Positions 1 through 13,205 of a stretch of DNA of 64,000 nt are shown here, in pieces. The notes below the pieces were generated by a model, which was not told the DNA's origin, ran no database searches, and was given only the letters and a program-made list of their open reading frames with translations. The position numbers and the translations under genes were made by a program. The stretch lies in the NCBI RefSeq assembly GCF_006345805.1, contig NC_043002.1:14818001-14882000 (forward strand), written 5' to 3'. How positions within the stretch are numbered: position 1 is the stretch's first letter; each line of letters starts with the position of its first letter. The stretch comes from Octopus sinensis. Taxonomy: Eukaryota.

Positions 1-294
1 GGATTTGTGGTTTCTCTTACATGCAAATAACAATTCAGCACACTGTCGTTATATGATTTCAAATACCGTTTCAAAAATTATATTGTATTTGATAAATTCT
101 ATTAATCGAATATGTCTCGGATTTTTACTATATTGAAACTACTTAGCTTCAAGATAAATATTACAAATAACGAATCTCAATTAGATAGATATTGCACTTC
201 TCAGACTACAAGTTCACTACTTCAATTATAAACGTTTATCATCTCAAGAAACGAAATAAAAATAAAAATATCCAGTTTAAAACGAAAATTAATA

Positions 295-432
295 TATTCT
301 TTTCTACTTTAGGCACAAGGCTCGAAATTTTCGGGGAGGGGGCCAGTCGATTAGATCGACCCCAGACCGCAACTGACACATACTTTATCGGCCCCGAAAG
401 GATGAAAGGCAAAGTCGATCTGGGCGGAAATA
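295..432 (-). mobile_element. tRNA-derived SINE fragment, family C (3' part)
   Basis: Contains aggcacaaggctcgaaattt...gtcgattagatcgacccc...ccccgaaaggatgaaaggcaaagtcga, the same block seen at 32545-33200, 35558-36148 and 37705-37905. Confidence 0.75.
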
Positions 433-866
433 GAAAAATAATATATTACATACACCCTTGTATAATTGCAAGAAAGCAATATTTTGGAAAATATCCGTCG
501 ATATACTATTTTCATCAAATAAAGAAATGCGGATCAAGAATTTTGAATGCATTTCAAAAATTTAAGAGACAAATGGATGCGCATCACATGCGGTGATGTA
601 ATTTCGAACAGCCTCACAAAAACCTATCATGTGAGAAAGAGAATAATTTGTATGTTTTACTTAGGTTTTCTTATTTCCGTCTTGATTAAATTCGCCTCGA
701 TCAAATTTCTACCACATTATTTTGAAATCGACACAATAACATAAGAGAGGAATAGTTCTTCGATTTAATTGATTTAGCCAATCGAAATGTGACTTAATGG
801 AAGAAGCATGTATGCCCACGCATTTACTTTAGCATAACTGACCTAAATGTTCCATATGTTATCTCC

Positions 867-958
867 CAAATGTACTTTTGTTCCAAAATACACTTTTGTT
901 CCAAAATACACTTGTGTTCCATAATACACTTTTGTTTCAAAATACACTTTTGTTCCAA
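867..958. repeat. 18-bp minisatellite (aaaatacacttttgttcc), about 5 copies
   Basis: Tandem copies with 1-2 mismatches are directly visible. Confidence 0.85.
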
Positions 959-1667
959 GAAAAAAAATTTGTGTCACATTAGTTAAAGTCATTTATCTCG
1001 GCAAGTAAATCAATATTGTAAAACTATTGCTAACCGTAAGCTAGTGATGGATGGTGTAGTCAACTACTCAACATAGACAGTCCGAGAAAGTGAGAGAGAA
1101 TAAGAAAAAAATTGGACGGAGATATAAAGAAACAGAGATTAAGAAATAGATAAATTTTTTGCTAGCACCGATTAAGAAAAAGTTTAAAAAAACACCTTTA
1201 ATATATTCGTCTGAAAGATGTAGATGAAAAATACTTTACGGACACTGATACAGTCTGAAATGACAGAAGAAAGAAATAATGTAATAGATTTCTATTCTCA
1301 CTGGTCAATAGATTTTTAATAAAACCATCCATGTGAAATCTGTGCAAGTTTTGTCACTCATTGTTGCACTATATTCAATAAAATTTTAAATAATTTCTTT
1401 TGCGAATGCACAATCATATATATTTTAAATTATCAAAATATTTCATTTCACTAGTGACAGGTATGCTCTTAATCTTATTACTGTCCTTGAGTGGTACCGC
1501 GTAATCGTAAATGTTAATAATTTAGAATTTCAGCATCGTTCATAACGATACCAATCGCGACATAAGTTATATTGCTAGCACTCTTTCTATCATGGATAAA
1601 ATTATTTCCGACGAGTGGTTTCTAGTGTATGATCCCAACGGAATATTTTTGCACAAGCATGTGTGTA

Positions 1668-1734
<67 letters not shown>

Positions 1735-1846
1735 GTGTGTGTTCATGTATGTACGTATGCATGTATGCACGTATGCATGCATGTATGTATGTGTGCTTGT
1801 TTGTTTGTGCGTATGTATGTATAAATATATATATATATATATATAT

Positions 1847-2019
1847 ATACGACGGGCTTCATTCAGTTCCTTTCTTGTATTCTAGTAAATCCACTACAGA
1901 GGTACCGCTTGATCCGATGTTGTAGTAGAAGACACTTACCCGAGGTGCCATGCAGTAGGAATGAACCCGGAACCATGTTGTTGAGAAGCAAGCTTCTTAC
2001 CACACTGCTATGCCTGCAC
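1847..2019 (-). mobile_element. SINE family A, 5' half, diverged
   Basis: Reverse complement of the ggcgcaggagtggctgtgtggtaag...gtggcaccttgggcaagtgtcttc...gaaagaagcccgtcg block seen at 11462. Confidence 0.8.
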
Positions 2020-2380
2020 CATAAATAAAATACAAAGGGCCCAGGTGAAGAATATTCTTAATTGCGGTATGTGGTTGGAACGAAGAATCGGACTCTTGCA
2101 CCCAGCTCGTTTATCTAGCTGCTCTAAACCTGGTCACAGATCACTTTCAGCCAACACGCCAGCGCAGAGTTAGTCCAGCCTCAAAGTGGTTGTCATTTGA
2201 CGTTTAATCACATGTTGACTTTGGGGAACCGTTGTGCCTGGTGAAACACTTACGTCTCAGAGTGACCCCGGCTAGGACGTTATAAATACAGCCTTTGTTT
2301 CAGACCTTCCCAAGGATGAAAGAGTCAGCCAAGATACCTAAATATTACCCCTAAACCGAGTTAACACCTGAATGCAGGTA

Positions 2381-2439
<59 letters not shown>

Positions 2440-2441
<2 letters not shown>

Positions 2442-2716
2442 GGATGCACAATAGCCCATGGTTAGGGCAGCGAACTCGCGGTCGGAGGATCGCGGTTGCG
2501 ATTTCCAGAAAACACTTAAAGCCCCACGATGTTCCGGCAGAGGGTGGTGGTGATCCCTGTTGTACTCTTTCGGCCCGACTTTTTCTCACTCTTTCTTCCT
2601 GTTTCTTGAGTAACGCTGCGATGGACTGGCGTTCCGTGCAGTTGGAGGGTACACACATTCCATAGAAACCGGGAAACCAGGCCCATGAGCATGGCTAGGC
2701 TTGAAAAGCTCACATA

Positions 2717-2721
<5 letters not shown>
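2440..2721 (+). mobile_element. SINE family B (tRNA-like head, OR-type octopus SINE-like)
   Basis: Head tagcccatggttagggcagcgaactcgcggtcggaggatcgcggttgcgatt has Pol III A/B-box-like motifs. The body matches 14486-14850. Confidence 0.8.
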
Positions 2722-2756
<35 letters not shown>

Positions 2757-2771
2757 ATATATATATATATG

Positions 2772-2856
<85 letters not shown>

Positions 2857-2858
<2 letters not shown>

Positions 2859-3740
2859 TAATGAGGGAGATAAATTAATATTAATTTTAATATCAATTTA
2901 AAACCAGTAGTCCAATCTGAGAAGTCAGAGAAAATTCTAATATATGTATATATTGGCAGGGCTTACTTCTAGGAAGTCGGCCGTATGCTAGACACAGATC
3001 ATCAACGATCAAACTACAAGGAAATTCTATAGAGGAAAAATTCAGCGAACACCAGATTTGGCGGGCAGGACAGATGAAAATTTATATAAAAAAACAGAAT
3101 TAAAAGCATACCTCGGTTTCGGCCTTTAACAAAAGAATTACTTACGTAATTCAAATGTCAGGGCTTCTTCAGTGCATTCGTTCATTGTAATGTAAACTGA
3201 AAAACTAACCCCAGCTTTCCGTGCCAGGACAGACACGTGCTTAGTTTTAGCGATTACACTAGGGATAAAATTTCAAACGTCTTGGTTCTGGCGCGCTAAG
3301 AAATTCCTGAGGCGAAGGGCTGCAGTAAATAATTCACTGCGGTTGGTGCTTACTACTAGAGAACGTATTTATTTCAATATTTAAATAATGAGGGAGATAA
3401 ATTAATATTAATTTTAATATCAATTATTTAAAACCAGTAGTCCAGCATACAAAAAATCTGAGAAGTCAGAGAAAATTCTAATATATGTGTATATTGGCAG
3501 GGCTTACTGCTAGGAAGTCGGCCGTATGCTAGAAACAGATCATCAACGATCAAACTACAAGGAAATTCTCTAGAGGAAAAATCAGCGAACACCAGAACCA
3601 AATTTGGCGGGCAGGCCAGATGAAAATTTATATAAAAAAACAAAATTAAAAGCATACATCGGTTTCGGCCTTTAACAGTTTGATCGTTGATGATCTGTTT
3701 CTAGCATACGGCCGATTTCCTAGCAGTAAGCCCTGCCAAT
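2857..3740 (-). mobile_element. Non-coding retrozyme-like or PLE pseudo-LTR element: about 280-bp direct repeats plus a 64-bp inverted segment
   Basis: 2857-3131 is repeated at 3384-3677. 3677-3740 is the reverse complement of 3493-3556. An HHR motif sits at the repeat boundary, and microsatellites flank both ends. Confidence 0.75.
3105..3177 (-). ncRNA. Type I hammerhead ribozyme motif with extended stem II
   Basis: Minus strand reads GCA CTGAAGA A GCC c TGACA ttt GAATTAC-gtaa-GTAATTC ttt TGTTA aa GGC C GAAA CC-ga-GG TA TGC. Stem I is GCA/TGC and the cleavage triplet is GUA. Confidence 0.75.
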
Positions 3741-3788
3741 ACACACGCACACACACACACACACACAGATATATATATATATATATAT

Positions 3789-3836
<48 letters not shown>

Positions 3837-4579
3837 GTATATATGTTATATACATTCAAACACACCTATATAATTACATAAATGTATATATGTAAAGTCA
3901 CACGAAGCAGTACTGAATTTAGTATTATTCGCATAAAGTTATAGTTATTTAACTCTCCATTCGTATTCTGACGTAAGAAGTCCTTTCACAGCAGAGATAA
4001 TCACACAAGAATATTTGTCGCTCAGGCAAGTGTGAAAATTCACCATGTTTTACGCACATCACCAATCATCCTGTATGGTGTTTTGATGAAGATATTTTCT
4101 TTCTGATTCAATTAGTAAATAATAGATTTACTTGTCGATGCTGAAGAGCAAACCTTCTACGATCAAATGACGTCATTCACACTCTCTAAAAATGTGGCTT
4201 CACGCATGTTCAGCTGAAGAATTTCTTACAATTATTACATACCTAACGAATGATCTTATATAAGAATACACTTGAACCTGTTAAAACTTTACATTCGACG
4301 CAGAAACGTAAGCCTCCTGCGATCCATTGAATCCATTGACGTTGTTTGCGACACACAAAAAATGGAGTTTCGTACACGTCTAGCCGAAACCTTTCCTACG
4401 AGGCTTATATAATCAAATAAATATTTTCTCACGTCGAATACTGTCGAGTATATTAAAACTTTTTACGAATATATATATGCATAAATTTGTTTCAGGCAAC
4501 AAATTAACCGAAGTAATTTCACCAGAAGGTGAATGGAAGGTATTTGAAAGGAGGAGTAATTGTATTTCAAGTTACTCTT

Positions 4580-4950
4580 TTATTCTTTTACTTGTTTCAG
4601 TCATTTTGACTGCGGCCATGCTGGAGCACCGCCTTTAGTCGATCAAATCGACCCCGGGACTTATTCTTTGTAAGCCTAGTAATTATTCTATCGGTCTCTT
4701 TTGCCGAATCGCTAATGGCGGGGACGTAAACACACTAGCATCGGTTGTCAAGCAATGCTAGGGGGGACAAACACAGACACACAAACACACACATATATAT
4801 ACATATATACGACAGGCTTCTTTCAGTTTCCGTCTACCAAATCCACTCACAAGGCATTGGTCGGCCCGGGGCTATAGCAGAAGACACTTGCCCAAGGTGC
4901 CACGCAGTGGGACTGAACCCGGATCCGTGTGGTTGGTTAGCAAGCTACTT
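4580..4950 (-). mobile_element. SINE family A, near full length
   Basis: Matches 11462-11862 in reverse, including the tail cagcatggccgcagtcaaaatgactgaaacaagtaaaaga. Confidence 0.85.
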
Positions 4951-5301
4951 ACCACTTTACAATATAAATGTTTTGTTTTCTTGAAAATCTCGCTTGCAGA
5001 CACGTTTGAACAATCGTTTACAAACCTTTGGAGTGAACTACAGATTGATGGGAGAGATAAATTCATTAATCAAAAATTAACGCCGTTTATTTACTATCAG
5101 TTGAAATATGTCACATTTTCCTGACAGCTTCAATCATAATTTACTTCTGACATGAGTCAAGATTTCCCCCCTTGACTCCATACCAGCAGACTGCTTTTTC
5201 CTTAGTAGCATTACAATTTCGAATGGTTAAAGCTTTTGGGAATGAGTTTGTCTCTCATAGAGTGAAATTATTGCACCATATTTGGGAGAGAAATTATTCC
5301 A

Positions 5302-5345
<44 letters not shown>

Positions 5346-5601
5346 TGATAGTTTGTACATATTTGACGGGTGGGGGGCGAGTGATATGTTTCGTAGGGGC
5401 ATCTTTCATTGACAAGCCACTCGGATAGCATAGCCACGTTGGTTCACAGTTGCACGTAAACGTTATCGCACGTAAATGATATAGAGAAGCGGTGCATTTA
5501 TGTACCACCAATCTATTTGAAGTGCACTTCAGGTGAGTGGTAGATATTAACCTTCAATATCAATATTTACACTAACACTATTAAATATGTGTACGTATGT
5601 T

Positions 5602-5720
<119 letters not shown>

Positions 5721-5745
5721 ATGAATGTATGTATACATGTATATA

Positions 5746-6988
5746 CACGGGTTGGACAGAATAATGGAAACACCTTACAATTTCAAGCAAAATTATTGTA
5801 ATCTGCGGTAGGAGTGACTTTAGCAGTAATTACAACTTGAATTTTACGAGGTATGGACACGTACAAAAGTTTCAATTTTTGCCGAAGGAATTTTTGTTCA
5901 TTCTTCAGATAAAACAGTCTGCATTTCTTGTAGTGATGGCGGTGGGGGATAGCGAATCCTTGCTTGTTTTTCTAAAATGCACCTTCAATAATATAGAAAT
6001 CTGGGGAATGTGGTGGGCAGATAAGATGTTCAACCTCACTAGAATGTTCCTCGTGCCATTCAGTAACAACTTTATCGTTGTGAATTGGTGCATTATCATC
6101 CTGAAAGTTTGTGTTTCCCTCTGGAAAAAGTTCCGCAGCCATAGGATGAATTTGATAAGATACAATGCTTCCAAATCCTTGACTATTAATTCTGCTATGA
6201 AAGGAAACCATTGGGTCAACGGATTTCCATGATATAGACCACCAGGTCATTGCTGATCCTCCTCCATGTTTAATAGTTGGAAGATGGTAGTCTGAATCAA
6301 ATGCTTCCTTTGGCTGTCTCCACACGTATACTCGGCTGGTACTCGGAAATAAGGTAAAAGATGACTCGTCCGAGAAAATAATATTCTTCCTCTATTCTAT
6401 GGAACAATTCTGTACGGTTCTACTCCACTCTAAACAATTTGCAACGCTTCTTCTTCAAAGTAGTGGATTTCTGATTGCTTTCTTTGAATTCCGGTTTTAT
6501 GCAGCTCCCCTCGAAAAGTTTTTTGTGGAAACTGGGATCTCGAAATGGCCATTACACTCTACAGTAATTTTAGAAGTTTTTTGTGATCCTTTCTAACAAT
6601 TTGCGCAAGAGGCCGACGGTTTTGGTTTTCTTCCGGAGTCTTATTTCGACGAAGAAGTTTTTCCTTCTTTTTCAAAGGCTGTCATTACTTTCGAGATAGT
6701 ACTTGTTGATACACCAAACATTTCAGCTGATTTCATTACGCTAGCCCCTACCATACAAGCACCAACAATTTGACCTCTTTGAAAGTCCGATAGATCTGTC
6801 ATTTTAATGAATTTTTATTACCTTTTTCTGACGTTATCTAAAAAGAAACAGCAATTTTAGCAAAATATATTAAGCATCACTAATAATAAATCAAAGAACA
6901 TAAAAACAAACAAGTTTTTGACGGTTTTATAGATATTTCAAAATTCTGCTATGATGCTACGTGTTTCCATTATTTTGCCCAACCCCTG
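5746..6988 (-). mobile_element. Tc1/mariner DNA transposon, decayed transposase
   Basis: TIRs cacgggttggacagaataatggaaacac and gtgtttccattattttgcccaacccctg are each flanked by TA. Minus-strand peptides MTDLSDFQRGQIVGA (ATG at 6802), IFSDES, KHGGGSAMTW, FQDDNAPIH and PHSPDFYIIE fit a DD34E-type catalytic set. Stops and frameshifts are present. Confidence 0.92.
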
Positions 6989-7013
6989 TATGTACTATCA
7001 CATACACACACAC

Positions 7014-7088
<75 letters not shown>

Positions 7089-7499
7089 ATGTGTGTGTGT
7101 GTATATATATATATGTATGTGTATGTGTATTTAAATATATGTGTATTCTGTATCCTCTGTGGTGTCGAAAATTAGTTCGCATAAATATATTCAAATCAAG
7201 TGATAGAAGCTTTGACAATGATAGGCAAAAGTTTTTAGGCTTCGTGTATCCTCTGTGATGAGACAAATAGCAGTCTACATAAAAACATTCACATCAGGTA
7301 ATAGCGTTTTTTTTTACTATGAGAAGAGGTTAAGAATTAGTTTACACAAATTTATCCAAATCAAGGAAAAGTGTTTTTGACAAGAAGATAAAACGTGTCT
7401 AGTTTGTCAATCAGAGGTTGCTAAAGTTTTAGTCTCACTGTGATTAGAAAAAAACATTGTTTGCAACTTTGAAAATAAGTTGAGTAGAGAACTAACATA

Positions 7500-7660
7500 C
7501 CACAGTGGCTGTGTGGTAAGTACCTAGCATACCAACTACATGGTTCCAGGTTCAGTCTCACTGCATGGCACCTTGGGCAAATGACTTCAACTATAGCCTC
7601 GGGACGACCAAAGCCATGTCAGTGAATTTGGTAGACGGGAACTGAAAGAAGCCCGTGGTA

Positions 7661-7665
<5 letters not shown>
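7500..7665 (+). mobile_element. SINE family A, 5' half
   Basis: cagtggctgtgtggtaagtacc...ggcaccttgggcaaatgacttc...gaaagaagcccgtgg. Confidence 0.8.
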
Positions 7666-7728
<63 letters not shown>

Positions 7729-7789
7729 CACACACACACACACACATATATATATACATATACATATATATATATGTATATATACATAC

Positions 7790-7855
<66 letters not shown>

Positions 7856-8027
7856 GTGGAGGTGTAGTTCACAGGTGATCTCAACCAAGGTTATAGTAGA
7901 GACGGTAGTCATGGAGACATTGCAGATTTCCGATATAGTGGGTGTATAATTATTAAAGAGGACAACTTTAAGGCAGGGCAAACATCTCAAGTCATATAAA
8001 TTATAATTATTATTATTGGAAAAAACC

Positions 8028-8524
8028 ATTCAAAATCTTACAGTTATTTCTGTGTATCCCAGAGTATGGGATATTCCGTCATCGGAAAGAAATAGGGAAA
8101 ATGAGAAGAGTATAGATTAATGAAATGATGACATAGAGGACAGCGCTAAAGGAATTAGGAGATGAGGAAAGAGAAGAAAAAAGAAGCAGAAAATTTCACA
8201 GTTAAATTTCCGATTTCTAGAAATAACTCCTTAGGTACAATCCTGCGTTAATCCAAGTAGGTTTACACGATTAGGACTTTAACTCATATGGATTTACGCA
8301 GGATTGCACCCAATGATTTATGGATTTATTTCTACAAGATCGGAAAGTTGAACTGTGAAACTTTACGCTTCTTTTTCCTCTTTTCCTACAACTTAATTCA
8401 TTTACTCCCGTAGTCTAAGTCGTTATTTGATTAATCTATACTCTTCTTATTCTCTCCATTTGTTTCTGATGACGGAATAGCCCATGCTCTGGGATATCCC
8501 AGAAACAGTTGTGAGACTTTGAAT
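8028..8524. mobile_element. Old fold-back (palindromic) PLE-like repeat with degenerate HHRs at both ends
   Basis: The left and right halves are reverse complements along their length (e.g. ggtacaatcctgcgttaatcca / tggatttacgcaggattgcacc near the centre), with many mismatches. Confidence 0.75.
8462..8517 (+). ncRNA. Degenerate type I hammerhead motif
   Basis: gttt CTGATGA c ggaatag-ccca-tgctc-tggg-atatcc ca GAAA cagttg TG agac. The triplet is GUG here, while the mirror copy at 8036-8089 (-) has GUA but a CCGATGA core. Confidence 0.55.
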
Positions 8525-8622
8525 CTTCTTTCTAATAATAATAATAATGCTTATGACCTTGCCTTAACGTTTGTTATCCTCTTTAACAGATATATATGTA
8601 TACATATATATTATATATATAT

Positions 8623-8668
<46 letters not shown>

Positions 8669-8734
8669 ATATACACATACATATATATATATGTATATAT
8701 ATACATATATATATACGTATATATATATATGTAC

Positions 8735-8785
<51 letters not shown>

Positions 8786-8805
8786 ATATATATATATATA
8801 TATAG

Positions 8806-8854
<49 letters not shown>

Positions 8855-9861
8855 TGTACATATATAATTTTGGGTTTCAGAATGAGATAAAAAACCAAGG
8901 CTGTGAAGATTTGAGAACATTTATAAATAGAGGGCCTTACAGCTAATTCAGCCTTTGTTTTTTTATTCATTCTAAAAAGAAAAGATTCTCTATGCACACG
9001 CTGATATATGACCAACGTTGGATTCCTTATTCGCATAATCACCGTACCTGGAGCTCAACCGTTGCACTTACTCAGCATTTCCTGACGTATTTGGGTCTAA
9101 CTGACACCATTATAAGCTATATATATATATATTATAAATCAATCCAAGGAACGAAAAACGTTCCTTCATACGGATGGAAAGCATCCACTCTTCACTAGTA
9201 CTTCAGTTAAATACCACAATAAAGAAGAGAACAAAATCCGAACTTAAAATGGTAAAACCTCAATATATAAATATTAAAGAAAATAGAGATATACAGTTGA
9301 CATATTAAATATTCATTAACAATATAATATAATATAACATAATATGACAAAAGATTAAAATAAGTATATATCCTACTATTTGTTTCGACTCATATCCATA
9401 TGCTTCATATGCGTCTGTGTGTGTCTGTGTATTTAGATAAATTGCTGAAGGTGGTGACATTTCTTTCATGGATCTGTGTATGCGGATGCTCTTATGAAAG
9501 CAACGTAATCGATTATTTGATTTGAGCAGCACAAACGGAATGCATGGATCTCGACTATAACACTGGATATGAGTCGAAACAAATTATATATATATTTGTT
9601 TGAATAACTTGTTATGTTACGTTATGTTATATTGTAATATATTATATCTTTTGATAGTATAATTATGTTATATTGTAATGTTAATACACTTTTAATATGT
9701 CAATTGTATTTCTCTTTTTCCTTTAATACACCCACCCACATACATACATATTTATCTTTTTAATTCGTTTAGGTTACATTAGGGCTATGCAAATACAGCT
9801 CGTATTTAATTATGTTGGCAACTGTTTAATGATACTAACTTGTGAGTGAGATCTTCAGTGT

Positions 9862-10162
9862 TGTGGAGGTACATGGCCTAGTGGTTAGAGCAGCGGACTC
9901 GCGATCGAAGGATCGCGAGTTCGAATCTCAGACCGGGCGATGTGTATGTTTATGAGCGAAACACCTAAGCTCTACGCGGCTCCGGCAGAACCTCTGCAGA
10001 CTCTTTCGCCACAACTTTCTCTCACTATTTCCTCCTGCATCTTGCAGCTCACCTGCGACGGACCGGTGTCATGTCCAGGTTTGGGAACCTATACGCCAAG
10101 GAAACCGGGTAACCGGCCCTTATGAGCCAGGCGTGGCTCGAGAAGAAACAAAGAACAAAATG
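9862..10162 (+). mobile_element. SINE family B variant
   Basis: gtggaggtacatggcctagtggttagagcagcggactcgcgatcgaaggatcgcgagttcgaatctc head. The body is shared with 39262 and 55705. Confidence 0.85.
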
Positions 10163-10444
10163 TTCAGTGTTGCATCATGTTTATCCCGATAAAATGTGGG
10201 ATAAATATAATTGCTGGCTTGGCCTTCCTGATGGCAAGAAGGGATAAACATCGTTCTGTGATTCAGCCAATTATAAAGTAGCGCCTGATGAAACGGATCA
10301 ATGATGATGTCCACGGATAATACGGACGTTACTGTACTAACCCCAAGGATATCGACTCTGAAGTCAAAATCATCTGATTTGTGGAAACGTATGTAGCGAT
10401 GTATTGAATATTTATAAATTCCATCCTGGTATTATTGTTATTAT

Positions 10445-10528
<84 letters not shown>

Positions 10529-11461
10529 GTGTGTGTGTGGTATATATATATATATATATATATGTAAATATATACATATATATATAGATATATACAACTG
10601 CATATACATATATATGTATATAAATATATATAAGTATATATATATGTAAATATATACATATATATATGCATACATACAATTGCATATACATATATATGTA
10701 TATAAATAAATATATGTATACATATGTATATATATATATATATACAAACATATATATAATATGTATGTATATATCAATATATGTAAAGACATGCATATAA
10801 ATGTCTGTGTGTAAATTGATATGCGTCTATATTTGTCTGTGTATTTAAATAAATTGTCGAAGGTTGTGACAGTTCTTTCATGGATCACCATACACGACGA
10901 ATGTTCTTATGAAAGCAACGTAATCAGTTATTTGATTTGAGCAGCAGAAAAAGAATCCAAGACTTTCGGCTATAAGATTATCACAAATTAAGCGTGCTAA
11001 GTGAACTTGTAGCAATCTACTTCAACGAAAGACTCTGCGACAAGTTGCAAGCGTATACAAAATCGAATAAACGGGTGAGAATAAGTGCAAATGAAGTAAA
11101 ACGAAGGAATGGGAATAATCAGTTATCGATTAGAATCTGTAATAGCACATGGTTATTGCAGAGACACTTCATATTATACATGGGAAATATCCACTTCAAG
11201 AATCCGTTACGCTCCAAGTGAACATATTTTCGATAAACATTTCCTCCGAGTGAAAGCTCAAAATCTGAAGGAAAAACAAAACATTTTTATGATCATTTCT
11301 AAAGTGAGAATTGGCCACTAATAAATATGTATTCACTCATAATATTGACTAAAAGATTTCGTGATGCAATCTGCATGGTATATAAATTGCTATCACTACA
11401 GCTAATGCATGTGAGATGAGTAAAATAAATTACAATGCAATATTTGATATAAGAAACTTCA

Positions 11462-11862
11462 TAGGCGCAGGAGTGGCTGTGTGGTAAGTAGCTTGCTAAC
11501 CAACCACATGGTTCCGGGTTCAGTCCCACTGCGTGGCCTCTTGGGCAAGTGTCTTCTGCTATAGCCCCGGGCCGACCAATGCCTTGTTAGTGAATTTTGT
11601 AGACGGAAACTGTAAGAAGCCTGTCGTATATATGTATATATATGTATGTGTGTGCTTGTGTGTCTGTGTTTGTCCCCCTAGCATTGCTTGACAACCGATG
11701 CTGGTGTGTTTACGTCCCCGTCACTTAGCGGTTCGGCAAAACAGACCGATAGAATAAGTACTGGGTTTACAAAAAGAATAAGTCCCGGGGTCGAGTTGCT
11801 CGATTAAAGGCAGTGCTCCAGCATGGCCGCAGTCAAATGACTGAAACAAGTAAAAGAGTAAA
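11462..11862 (+). mobile_element. SINE family A, full length
   Basis: Head aggcgcaggagtggctgtgtggtaag...ggttcagtcc, a CORE-like cttgggcaagtgtctt block, an internal (TA/TG)n tract and a gtaaaaga repeat tail. Confidence 0.9.
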
Positions 11863-12940
11863 AGAGAGAGTATCACTTTAAACAATTGTGGCAAATTTAA
11901 TGACTTTATAATTTAAAGGTTAGCCAGAAATAAACATTTATAAATTTCTTCTATATTTTAGCGATGAATTGCGATGTTAGGTGTTTGGTCAACAAAATCC
12001 AATAGATAATATATTAGTCATCTTTAAAAAAATTTATCATATATTTAATCCTAATCATTTTTATATTTCATAGCATTTACTAAATACATTTTTATAAGTA
12101 TTCAACGGAAGTTAAACTTACAATATATATTCCGTGTGATGATTTCTGCAAATCGGAAAAAGATGATGCAGTATAGTAAAATTAAGATGTTTGCTTCGCT
12201 GTTGCTATAAAATAGGCACATACAGCTCTACTCAGAATCACGTACGTTGTTCATTGATGAGTACTCTTAGAATTTCTAAGCAAATACTTTTAAATTGTAG
12301 AGGACGTGTGACGGTTAATGTCATTGCAAATTTTTTGACATAGCCTCAGCAAGTAAATAAAAGAGGTGTAATCCTCGATGAAATTACATAATCCTGTGAA
12401 ACATAGAAAAATAACATTTTGTATGTATGTATAGGCTTTATAGTGCTACTGCTGTATCACTCTATGTATGGAAAGCTTTTCTCATATTCAGGATATTCTA
12501 TAAGCCACCATGCAGACGATATCTGAGGGTCTATGTGAAGTATTTGGAATTATAAACCTTAGAGTATCAATGTTGAACTTTGAGTAGGATAACGCAATTT
12601 AATCTCCAACCTGTCTATTTTAGTTTTATAGTGAGAGTTTCGAATGTGCGAACTACTTGCTGACGTACATAGAATAACACTTCAAGCTTAATTCCAATTA
12701 ACACGGGAAATTTAATACTAAAATCTTAGTCTGAAGTCAAAAATATTTATATGAGCAATAAACTTATCCCACGTATATTTACAAACTTCTAATGCATTAT
12801 TTGCAATTTTTCCCCAATGAGACACTAACAGAGAACAATTAACAGCCAATTTACTTCTTCTATGAGATAACGAAGCAAGTACAGGAAGAAGCATTCGGAT
12901 AACACTCCCTAGTTCATAGAATTACATGTTAAATCCATGA

Positions 12941-13205
12941 GCGTGGGCTGCGGGTTCACTCCGAAAAGCTCTATCTACGACGATTTCATCTCAATCGAAG
13001 GGGAGGGGCTTTCTCCAAATAGGTTGCGGACCCGTGGAATAAGCTGCCGGACGAGATAGTGAAGATGCCGACGACCGCTCGGTTCAAAGTCTTTCTTGAC
13101 CGGAAATGGCCTGCACTCTTTGTATGACCATCCTCCCTGTACACAAATCCTTGTCCCCCTACATGGCATTGCGTTTGCTTTTTGAGCCAATTAAAATTAA
13201 ATTAA
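12941..13205 (+). mobile_element. CR1-clade LINE 3' end
   Basis: Near-frame translation LRGHSEKL..RFHLNR..AFSNRVADPWNKLPDEIVKMPTTARFKVFLDRKW (stop at 13125) matches the CR1 ORF2 C-terminal RGH..KL / RV..WN.LP / FK..LD pattern. An attaa-repeat tail follows. Confidence 0.8.

Noticed and set aside
7345-7470. C..C...RKKHC FYVE-like peptide
   Set aside because: It requires a frameshift and is bounded by stops, and the second half of the zinc-binding motif is missing.
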